From the NCBI GenBank assembly GCA_964565945.1, contig CAZMGY010000005.1, forward strand, positions 1 through 32,000: a stretch of DNA of 32,000 nucleotides, written 5' to 3'. Numbering within the stretch: position 1 is the first letter of the stretch; every line of letters begins with the position of its first letter. This DNA comes from an uncultured bacterium (GTDB lineage: Bacteria > GCA-001730085). The notes beneath the pieces were generated by a model. It was not told the DNA's origin. It was given only the letters and a program-made list of their open reading frames with translations, and searched no databases. Below are positions 10,101 through 15,996 of the stretch, one piece after another. Made by a program: the position numbers and the translations under genes.

Positions 10101-11060
10101 CTGGAAATTAAGCGCAAGCAAGAATTGGAGCGTTTGCAACAGTCTGTTTATGCTGATGAAATGTCGACGATGTTACAGCAAGAGAAGAGGATTGTTATGC
10201 TTTTGGAAAAAGGCAAAGAGTTTTTTGTTCAGGATCAATATCGTTTGGCACGTGAGCATTTTGAAAAAGTGCTCGAACTTCAAGAAGATCATGTGATTGC
10301 ACGCGATTATTTGTATTTAACTGAGGAAAAGTTAGTTAAACGAGCAATGATGGAGGAAAAACACTTAGCAGAGATGCAGTTGTTAAAAATTCGCGAAGAG
10401 CGTGAGGAACGTATTCACTTGGCTAAACAGGCTAAAGAAAAAGTGCGCCTCCAAGAATTAAAAAAGCAAGTGCAAGAAATCGATAGGTTGTTTGGTGAAG
10501 GTAAGGTGGCTTACGAAAAAGGGGAGGTTCAGGTGGCTATCGTTTATTTTGAAAAAATTCTCCAAATTAATTCTAAACATAGACTTGCTTTTGAATATTT
10601 GAATTTGGCAAGACAAAGCTTGCGAACTTTGCAAAGGAACGAATTGAAACAGGTTAATCGTGAAAAACAAGAAGTCTTTCAAAAAGAAGCGGAAAAGTAC
10701 ACAAATGTCCAATTGGCTTACGATAAAGGCCTTATTTATTACAATCGGGGTGAATACGGTCGTGCTTTAGCTTTGTTTAAACGGGTGTGGATGTTAGATC
10801 AAACATTTCCTTATTTGACAAAAGTCCAGGAATATATAGAAAATATCTCTCAACGAAAAATGTTGGCGAACACATCCTCTCCGAATCAGAATTATTTAGC
10901 AGAGTTGTACGAGAATGGTAAGGATAAGTTTATTGCGGGTCAATGGCAAGAGGCTTTTTCGACTTTTCAAAGTGTTTCTAATATTGATGCTCATTACAAA
11001 TCTGTTCAAATGTATCTGCAAGTGGCCCAAGGTGAAATTCAGAAGGCCAGAGCGGCCTAA
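4176..11060 (+). CDS. Giant secreted TPR-like repeat protein (2294 aa, about 24 repeat units)
   Basis: N-terminal signal peptide MKKSYVFLLLIGFVAQSA. By eye, about 24 copies of a ~45-aa unit with consensus [LF]YExGKxxYRxxxYxxAxxxFExVLxLxPxHRYAxxYLxRSxEK. Each unit is one TPR hairpin plus a third helix. Units are joined by K/E/Q-rich or P/A/S-rich linkers. A non-repeat insert sits at about 7546-7975. Confidence 0.85.
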   Translation: MKKSYVFLLLIGFVAQSAILFPFEREQDIPRIVQNERQLMLHFMQGKGFFKNSNYEQAREEFLRVIQINSDYRPAYEYLERIQDIAIQKSQEEQERRAYMNRALDMMDTVKEKLRLPSDEDLFYQLTESEQKKLDGYVGDNEFSKMIEEQRLTVLNKAKQIKKDIDKVLEERQKSDVMRNVAGRDEAFMVQGFEPYTRENATMKENVERVAEAQEEMDANFFFNRRQKIESFYQRGVQAYKLRDYPLAKDMFEKVLKLEPGYRYAQDYHESSTSQLMIKEIQERKNRKLLKRARRNRKPRVQEPIEIVSQNRALEESSAVAEQMSQAFEERKGALLTGHRDELLATGIKAMEMKDYNKAMEIFEQILRYDPKDRSAEKYRQKILVHISEKEEAVLEALSQVQNMAFEESMSPATPKVDLDPNADFQANEALVDVVAKQRRVVELYEKGKHFYRQKNYTAALQHFRELELLDPAHRYVRKYMHRCEHLLNIGRKEVPRLDPAKLYAQGVKHFKNKEYRLAARRFWDVLKLNPQHRKAQKMLKKALSPLDMGIKTLLSEISAAEEVRSKPQAIEAMPAPKLPTITGEEDPETLYEKAKQLYRAGKYKQVIPLFETLVSLLPKDPHVERFLELSRKKFVKAGGQVKEVVPELVAKFKSQATSDLSLDPSNNLSAANAISPKFTVHYEKGKALFRQGQYKEAILEFEKAVKLVPNHRYAPRYLQRSKEKMQAQGKVAVASAQEMSPQDKEFKTNYEEGKYLYRQGQYAQAEPFFEKAVELKPNHRYASRYLERNKEKQAEKQAISQPLASPSLPAAGVATPQAEKQSVNEETFNRFYEEGKRLYRQGQYAQAGPFFEKAVELKPNHRYASRYLERSKEKQAEKQAISQPVASPSPPTPAIAIPQAEKQSVNEETFNRFYEEGKRLYRQGNYLEAIGQFEEAVKLNFNHRYAPRYLKRSREKWAERQEAQKERLATSETQAPAPAQQVVTEEQKNSKKLYEQGTTMYREGRYAEASDIFEQVVALEPNHLYAGGYLLRSKEKVSAAESRAQGASNPIVVTALTKSSPASSDVAEDSARLYEQGKTDFRQENYKGAIEKFKRVVLLDPNHRYVRRYLKKSEERFAEQKKNDVQTALYQDKQTDGVALGQKERFTAGEGVLEFRVNRNVGIIELSQEAAEILEFRSTQNKFVRVVGKEDFEAEEDLMMFERETSMEDYVEEPGEHVDIVLAEGDKKVAMKEARKRVRAVDVPVVAKRAKQKVLKKSNRKSRKAYFSGLKLYKRCNYKRAAIEFDKAVAFDEDNSLAQRYLVLSSQELKKKGITFKSEYLPENLSKVVQFKQPSVEEVKSVFEDAKPIMERVPISTDGSQDNYEVVKTVQMTDPAVLIKRKQQRENVKKIYTKGVEAYEAKDYETALVLFEQSSVMAPKNKSVLKALRLTKQKLSAAAKAKQMATQREEEKKVSQKIDVIYVRAKELFREKKYQEAYVIFKDVIAQDPKHYFAQKYFVKSREELIALGVDPEKKSIAMHQKALLTEEADMASRLFEKGKRNFEKKLYERAVKEFYVVKLMQPDHRHTCKYLNRSVKHIELSRWMDMKDNLDENFKKSPYYATQREGYALSRSDQKNIDSFITKGLRHYRRQEFEKALLFFDKARDIDPYYGELSIWKTNARYLLDILEHKINGEMEQVKVKSEFVLKTDPDNALAKKYATLGELELQFYKDEHKVLNQFQEELRQLKNKRTRQEKLVRAFQEAKILHEKGRYMEALNGFEDVLAQDPTNTYAMTFAKYARQRIQEKKKLELEMRKVEELQRAVEIQQEVKVYDYYERVEQAQAGMAIVATGEIPIKQPLDTNPDAVEKMTASEKAQAFVDKGKSAYLRGEYDKSVALLEKAIEMDDGANRDEIQIYLEQSIKKRECQKVPFISPRELTEEEKQIMLRNELMRKGRSLFYRNKYELAITQFEKVLGVEPGFEMAQKYMELVNKKLEIKRKQELERLQQSVYADEMSTMLQQEKRIVMLLEKGKEFFVQDQYRLAREHFEKVLELQEDHVIARDYLYLTEEKLVKRAMMEEKHLAEMQLLKIREEREERIHLAKQAKEKVRLQELKKQVQEIDRLFGEGKVAYEKGEVQVAIVYFEKILQINSKHRLAFEYLNLARQSLRTLQRNELKQVNREKQEVFQKEAEKYTNVQLAYDKGLIYYNRGEYGRALALFKRVWMLDQTFPYLTKVQEYIENISQRKMLANTSSPNQNYLAELYENGKDKFIAGQWQEAFSTFQSVSNIDAHYKSVQMYLQVAQGEIQKARAA
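6426..6950 (+). repeat. In-frame 246-bp (82-aa) tandem repeat, about 2.1 copies, roughly 95% identical
   Basis: TATGAAGA(A/G)GGCAAG recurs at 6426, 6672 and 6918, exactly 246 bp apart. Copies 1 and 2 differ at only a handful of positions, mostly in the P/A/S linker. Copy 3 diverges after about 6950. Confidence 0.9.
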
Positions 11061-11077
11061 GCAATTAAGGAGGAGGA

Positions 11078-13345
11078 GTGAAAAAAATCATTGTTTGGGG
11101 AGTACCCCTTCTTTGTGTACCTTCTATAGCTGTGTTTGCACAAAATGTTATAACAACAGGTGTTGTTGATATTTTCCAAAAACAGTCTATAGTCTCTTCC
11201 GAGTTTAAAAAAGCGGAGGACTTTTTTGAGGAGGGCAAAAGGCTTTATAACGAGAAATCTTATGGCTTTGCGATCAAAATGTTTCAAAAAGCTTTAGCCT
11301 TAGACCTTACGCATACGACAGCTCAGAAATACATTCAGTTATGCGAGCAAAATATTGCTTGGCAAGAGCAAGAGTCTCTGGCTTTGTTAGATATAAAGCG
11401 TAAGGAAGAGGAATTAAATCGTCATAAAAAATTAGAATCTTGGTTGGAGAGTGGGATTCACCATTACAAATTGAAGAAGTATGATCTTGCGCTGATTGAG
11501 TTTGAAAAAGTTCTTAAATTTAAGCCCAATCACACCGTGGCGAAAAAATATATAGATGAAACTAAAAGAAAACTCAATGTTTTGGGATTGCAGCAGATAT
11601 CCGAGATTTCGAAACGTGAACGCCTGGATCAAATGATTGCCAAAGAAAAGAAAATTGAACAATTGGGGCAAAGAGGGATTGATTTGGTTAAACAACGTCA
11701 ATTTGAATTGGCCTTGAACACTTTTAAAGATCTTGTGATGTTAGATCCTCATAATACTTGGGCGCAGGAGTATATCGACCTTTGTGAACAATGTTTAGAT
11801 TGGGAAACCAAAGAAAAAAAAATGCAGCTAGAGCTCGATCGTAAATATGTTTTGAACGAAGAGCGACAACGCACGGAGTTGTTGCAAAAGGCGCAAGCTT
11901 TTTTTGAGGAAGGTAAAGGGGCTTTTAAAGAGAAACGGTACCAAGAGGCGCTTGAGTTATTCCAAAAATCATTGGATTTTAATGTTGAGCATGAGTTGGC
12001 TCACAACTACCATAAGTTAACCTCCAAAATTATAGAAGAAAAACACTTGAGTGACTTAAGATACTTTAATCAAGTTAAAGAAAGTGCCACACGTGAGATA
12101 CATTTGGATCAGATGATGCAAACACATCTTGAGAACGAAAAGATGCTTGAACGCGGTCAAAAGCTTTTTAATGAACAAAAATTTTATCCGGCCTTAGAGT
12201 TCTTTCGTAATGTGGCCAAACGTTATTCCGAAAATAAAATGGTTCACGATTATATTCGTTTATGTGAGAAATCGATTGAATATAACCGTAAAAAAATTAA
12301 GGCCCAAGCTGATATGGCTCAAGTTTTGCTAAGGTACAAAAATATTGAGTATAATTTGAACCAAGGAAAAATGATGCACGAACAGGGTAAGTACGAGGTG
12401 AGCACCGAGCTTATGAAAAAGGTGCTTCAAGATGTACCTAATCATGCCTTAGCACTTAAATGCATTGAGCTGAACTATAAGTGCCTGGAGCTAGATAAAG
12501 AGCGTGAGAAAGTTCAGCTAGAGCAAAAAGAGTGGATGTTGCAAGAAAAAGAAAAAATGCTCGAAGATCAAAAGAATAGCGGCTTTATTGAACAGAATAT
12601 TAGCAAAGGTATGGCCTTTTTCGAATCTAAGCAATACCATCTAGCTTCGCAACGGTTTGAGGTTGTGTTAAGTAAAGTGCCTGACCATCGTGTGGCTCAA
12701 GAGTATTTTAAGTTATGTGAACGTTACTTGGTGATTAAAGAGAATAAGCATCTAGAAAAAATTGCCCAAGTTAAAAATAGTCTAGAGCAAAAAAGTTTAG
12801 CCTATTTTAATGATGGTAAAGAATTGTTTGCTCAAAACAAATATCGGGAAGCTATTCAGAAGTTTTCTAAAGCATGGGAGTTAAGTCCAGATGCCGCTAT
12901 AATGACGGAGCTTCAGACATATGTCGAGAAATCTTTTAAGCAACTTGAGCTAATGAAACAAAGGAAAAAAAAGGTGGAGAATGAGAAAAAACAACGCCAA
13001 TACACGGATCTTTACCGTCAAGGTGTGGTGTTGTTTGAAACAAAGAATTACCAGGGAGCTATCGCTTATTTTCGCAAAGCCTTGGCTCTTTCTCCCAAAA
13101 TGAAAGACGGAGCTCTCAAGGGCTACATCGAGAAGTCGTACAAAGGGATTGATGAAGAGAAAAAACATGAACAACGCAAAAAGCTAGCGATCAAATATCG
13201 ACAAGGTATGGATTCTTATCGTTCAGAAAAATGGGAAGACGCTTTGAAATACTTTAGCGAAGTTCACATTGTTGATCCTAAATTCGAAGATGTACGGCTT
13301 TATCTTAAGCTTGCTCAGAAGCAAATAGAAGCCTCTCAAGAGTAG
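11078..13345 (+). CDS. Secreted TPR-like repeat protein, paralog of the giant upstream gene (755 aa, about 10 units)
   Basis: GTG start preceded by AAGGAGGAGGA (11067-11077), 17 nt after the upstream stop, so probably one operon. Signal peptide MKKIIVWGVPLLCVPSIAVFA. The repeat unit is the same, but the third helix often reads Y[IF]xLCExx (YIQLCEQNI, YIDLCEQCL, YIRLCEKSI, YFKLCERYL). Confidence 0.85.
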   Translation: MKKIIVWGVPLLCVPSIAVFAQNVITTGVVDIFQKQSIVSSEFKKAEDFFEEGKRLYNEKSYGFAIKMFQKALALDLTHTTAQKYIQLCEQNIAWQEQESLALLDIKRKEEELNRHKKLESWLESGIHHYKLKKYDLALIEFEKVLKFKPNHTVAKKYIDETKRKLNVLGLQQISEISKRERLDQMIAKEKKIEQLGQRGIDLVKQRQFELALNTFKDLVMLDPHNTWAQEYIDLCEQCLDWETKEKKMQLELDRKYVLNEERQRTELLQKAQAFFEEGKGAFKEKRYQEALELFQKSLDFNVEHELAHNYHKLTSKIIEEKHLSDLRYFNQVKESATREIHLDQMMQTHLENEKMLERGQKLFNEQKFYPALEFFRNVAKRYSENKMVHDYIRLCEKSIEYNRKKIKAQADMAQVLLRYKNIEYNLNQGKMMHEQGKYEVSTELMKKVLQDVPNHALALKCIELNYKCLELDKEREKVQLEQKEWMLQEKEKMLEDQKNSGFIEQNISKGMAFFESKQYHLASQRFEVVLSKVPDHRVAQEYFKLCERYLVIKENKHLEKIAQVKNSLEQKSLAYFNDGKELFAQNKYREAIQKFSKAWELSPDAAIMTELQTYVEKSFKQLELMKQRKKKVENEKKQRQYTDLYRQGVVLFETKNYQGAIAYFRKALALSPKMKDGALKGYIEKSYKGIDEEKKHEQRKKLAIKYRQGMDSYRSEKWEDALKYFSEVHIVDPKFEDVRLYLKLAQKQIEASQE

Positions 13346-13360
13346 CTTATTGATTCCGTA

Positions 13361-13678
13361 TTAAATAGCCAAATAGTCCTTAAAAGGATTATCGGCATCA
13401 ATAAGTAGGGTCACATTGGAGTCGTGCTTAAAAAGGTCTTCTTTTTGCATGCTTTCCATGAGCTTTTTGTTGGGGTAGTTGATGGTTTTTTTGAGTATTG
13501 GGTTACTTTCAATGAGGGTGACTGTTCCGAGAATTGTGCCATAAGACCCTAGCGTGTTGTCGATATTTTTTGGATCAAGTAGTAGCTCGGAGGTTTTTTT
13601 CAAGATAGTTTGGTTTGCATGGAAACAGTTGCAGACTCCAAAAGTGAGGTAAACGGTTAATGTGTGCCATTTTTTCAT
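13361..13678 (-). CDS. Small hypothetical secreted protein (105 aa)
   Basis: ORF with a signal-peptide-like N-terminus (MKKWHTLTVYLTFGVCNCFHA). No clear Shine-Dalgarno sequence and no recognisable domain. Confidence 0.45.
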   Translation of the reverse strand: MKKWHTLTVYLTFGVCNCFHANQTILKKTSELLLDPKNIDNTLGSYGTILGTVTLIESNPILKKTINYPNKKLMESMQKEDLFKHDSNVTLLIDADNPFKDYLAI

Positions 13679-13726
13679 AGTTAGTAGTCTAACACAATGT
13701 AATTCTTTAGATCAGTTTTCTTTTTC

Positions 13727-13756
13727 TTGACTATTTAAGGGCTTCTTAACTATAAT
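13727..13756 (+). promoter_or_regulatory. Sigma70-type promoter of the tRNA cluster
   Basis: TTGACT (13727-13732), 18 nt spacer, TATAAT (13751-13756). It ends 17 nt before the tRNA-Pro 5' end. Confidence 0.5.
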
Positions 13757-13773
13757 ATTGATCTTGTTATTAG

Positions 13774-13848
13774 CGGGGCGTAGCGCAGCTTGGTTAGCGC
13801 GCCTGCCTTGGGAGCAGGAGGTCTCCAGTTCGAATCTGGGCGCCCCGA
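13774..13848 (+). tRNA. tRNA-Pro (anticodon TGG)
   Basis: Hand-folded cloverleaf. Acceptor CGGGGCG/CGCCCCG, D arm GCGC-AGCTTGGTTA-GCGC, anticodon arm CCTGC-CTTGGGA-GCAGG, T arm TCCAG-TTCGAAT-CTGGG. 75 nt, CCA not encoded. Confidence 0.9.
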
Positions 13849-13914
13849 TAAAAATTTTTTGCGTGTGCAATAACACAAATAAGGCCGAGGCTTTAGTTAG
13901 GTATTTTGTGTTGC

Positions 13915-13954
13915 TAGCTTAGCTGGATAGAGCAATGGATTTCTAATCCGTAGG
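13915..13954 (+). pseudogene. Partial copy of tRNA-Arg(TCT), D arm and anticodon arm only
   Basis: TAGCTTAGCTGGATAGAGCAATGGATTTCTAATCCGTAGG matches positions 8 to about 47 of the intact tRNA-Arg 96 nt downstream with 4 mismatches in 40 nt. No T arm (no GGTTCGAATCC) and no complementary acceptor 3' strand follow. Confidence 0.6.
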
Positions 13955-14010
13955 ATTCTTTAGAGGAACGAAGCCGTAAGATAAGCACTGCCTAGGAAGA
14001 GAAAGATTTT

Positions 14011-14084
14011 GCGCCAGTAGCTCAGCTGGATAGAGCAACGGGTTTCTAATCCGTAAGTCCTAGGTTCGAATCCTAGCTGGCGTA
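14011..14084 (+). tRNA. tRNA-Arg (anticodon TCT)
   Basis: Hand-folded cloverleaf. Acceptor GCGCCAG/CTGGCGT, D arm GCTC-AGCTGGATA-GAGC, anticodon arm ACGGG-TTTCTAA-TCCGT, T arm CTAGG-TTCGAAT-CCTAG. 74 nt. Confidence 0.9.
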
Positions 14085-14107
14085 CTATAGAATTAAAAGT
14101 GATTTGT

Positions 14108-14185
14108 GGTGGGTGTAGCTCAGCTGGTTAGAGTGCTAGATTGTGGCTCTAGTTGTCGCGGGTTCGAATCCCGTCATCCACCCCA
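14108..14185 (+). tRNA. tRNA-His (anticodon GTG), with encoded G-1 and CCA
   Basis: Extra 5' G (14108) opposite C73. Acceptor GTGGGTG/CATCCAC, anticodon arm CTAGA-TTGTGGC-TCTAG, T arm GCGGG-TTCGAAT-CCCGT. CCA at 14183-14185. Confidence 0.9.
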
Positions 14186-14332
14186 TTTTACATTTTCCGA
14201 GTACAAATCTTCATAATACCCTTGGATATATTTATAATTTAAAAATGAGATTTACTTGTTGTGAAAATATAAAAAAATCTTCTTCGCAGTGTATTAAAAG
14301 GATTTTGATGTTAAAATGTCTAGCCATTGTCC

Positions 14333-14602
14333 TTATTGTTTAATATTTCGTTCTACTTTCTTTTTCCAATAATCCTTATTAGAGGCGGGCATTCTACAAT
14401 GTAAAGAGCAACCATGCCAAAAACAAGAATCAATAAAAACAACTAATTTATATTTTTTTATCGCCAAATCTGCCTTGCCCAACAAGTTTTTAACATTACC
14501 TCTAAACCGCAAACCATTTTTCCAAAGATTTTTTAATATTTCATTTTCTAATTTAGTATGAGAAGAACTTATTGACTGCATTCGCTTTCTTCTAATATCT
14601 TT
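14333..14602 (-). pseudogene. vsr: Truncated very-short-patch repair endonuclease (Vsr) remnant
   Basis: The translation KDIRRKRMQSISSSHTKLE...LGKADLAIKKYKLVVFIDSCFWHGCSLHC...NKDYWKKKVERNIKQ* follows the Vsr family pattern (RSxNMxxI..TKPE ... PD ... FVxGCFWHxH ... FWxxKxxxNxxRD). It stops before the C-terminal GWxVxxxWE block. An in-frame TAA (14603-14605) removes the native N-terminus. No partner cytosine methyltransferase is present. Confidence 0.7.
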
Positions 14603-14646
14603 TTATTGATGTTAAAGGCAATAAAGGCAAAGTTTTTGATTTAATC

Positions 14647-15069
14647 GTGCAAAGAACCCAAATCAAAGGACAAAGGGAGATGTATTTAGACATGAATATG
14701 GATAATACCAATGACACAGACCAAAGTCTTGCGATTGGTATGTATGTCTATCGCATGATTGCCACTAACTTTGAGGGTTTAAATAACAGTGAGATTGTAT
14801 ATTTTTACAATCAAAGAGCGGAGGATAGTGAAAATCGTATTAAAGAGTTAAAAGATGATTTTGGGGCAAAACAAATGTCTTGTAGCAATTTTGCTGCCAA
14901 TGCTTTGTATTTTAATATTTGTAGTTTTTCTTATCATCTGTTCGCCCTAATGCGTCAACTAGTGCCGCTTGAATTTGTCAACAAAAGAGCAAAATATGTG
15001 CGTCACCGTTTTTACAACATCGATGCCAAAGTAATCCAGCATGGTAGACAGATAATGATTAAATGCTAA
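14647..15069 (+). mobile_element. C-terminal fragment of an IS1380-like DDE transposase (pseudogene)
   Basis: YFYNQRAEDSENRIKELKDDFGAKQMSCSNFAANALYFNICSFSYHLF matches the conserved YxxRGxxENxIKELKxxFxxxxxPxxxFxANxxxxxxxxxAYNL block holding the catalytic Glu of IS1380-type (DDE group 1) transposases. Only about 140 aa remain. The N-terminal roughly two-thirds and any recognisable inverted repeats are missing. Confidence 0.6.
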
Positions 15070-15597
15070 GCACAATACCACGGCTTGTTTAAGCATGTGT
15101 TAAGATAAGTTAAGATGCTTAAATTATTCTTAACATAAATTAATATATTTATATTACTGACAAGACTTTTTTACTAAGGAGGGCAAAGTTTGCTTAAAAA
15201 TAGAAAAATCAGTGAAAAACGCTCTGAATTAAATGGACAAAAGCATTAGGCAATTGATTGTTGGTGAAATCATAATATTTAAGTGAAAAAATAGTGGTTA
15301 AGTGGTTTTTTACGTTGAAAAAACTATTTTTGTGGTGTTGGTGGTTTTTATTTTTGGATTTGGGTAATATATTAAATATTGATTGTTTATCTAATTTTAA
15401 ACAAAAAAATCAAACAATTTTCAATAAACAGGTGCTAACATTGTCTACCCAGTGACCCCAAAAGATAAAAATAGTGTAAGTCACCCTGCAATACTCCCTA
15501 AATTAAGTTCAAGTAAAAGTAGAGTTTTTTTGATTTTTAGTTAGCATACCAGCCCTCTCATCGGGAGTTAACTGCCCTAGATAATTTTCCTATCATT

Positions 15598-15620
15598 AAA
15601 AAAAAAGGGGGGGGGGGGGG
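15598..15620. repeat. Homopolymer junction A9 G14
   Basis: Direct reading: A run 15598-15606, G run 15607-15620. Noncoding, 57 nt beyond the 3' end of the minus-strand tRNA-Ser. Confidence 0.95.
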
Positions 15621-15676
15621 AGAGCAACAGAATTAAGCCAGCAAGATTACTAGCTGTCTAGGCGTTTTGGTGTCAA

Positions 15677-15766
<90 letters not shown>

Positions 15767-15786
15767 AACAATCCAACAGATTAAAT

Positions 15787-15795
15787 ATTTTACCA
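15787..15795 (-). promoter_or_regulatory. Possible extended -10 promoter for tRNA-Ser
   Basis: The minus strand reads TGgTAAAAT, 20 nt upstream of the tRNA 5' end. No good -35 element. Confidence 0.3.
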
Positions 15796-15953
15796 TAAAA
15801 GCCCAAAAAGGGAATGAGTTCTTACAGAATGCAAGGTTAAAATAGTGCCACTAAGAGCGCTAAAAAAACCCAAAATCGCACCTATTATTTGGGGGGAAGA
15901 TTACCGTGAAAAACAGCATTGGTGACGTAGGGGTGGGGCTGTTCTTGTTATTA

Positions 15954-15962
15954 TGATAGAAT
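15954..15962 (+). promoter_or_regulatory. Possible extended -10 promoter for def-fmt-rsmB
   Basis: TGaTAGAAT lies 35 nt upstream of the def ATG. AAGGTG is the ribosome-binding site, 7 nt before the ATG. Confidence 0.35.
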
Positions 15963-15996
15963 AGTTAGAGCAAAGACGTGAGAATAAGGTGCTATT

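Noticed and set aside
13346-13360. Search for Rho-independent terminators at the convergent junctions (13346-13360, 28104-28110, 1721-1724, 18676-18679).
   Set aside because: The gaps are 0-15 nt and contain no GC-rich stem followed by a T run, so I report no terminator.
13900-14010. Possibility that the tRNA-Arg-like segment is a functional or intron-containing tRNA.
   Set aside because: No GGTTCGAATCC-type T arm follows the anticodon arm, and no sequence there is complementary to the would-be acceptor 5' strand. I call it a fragment.
14143-14343. 66-aa plus-strand ORF.
   Set aside because: Its first third is the tRNA-His gene itself (MALVVAGSNPVIHP translates the T arm and acceptor). The rest is AT-rich noncoding sequence.
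15088-15123. Hairpin TTTAAGCAT ... ATGCTTAAA after the transposase fragment, considered as a terminator or IS terminal repeat.
   Set aside because: It has an AT-rich 9-bp stem with an 18-nt loop and no following T tract. I cannot distinguish it from chance in AT-rich DNA or link it to an IS end without a database comparison.
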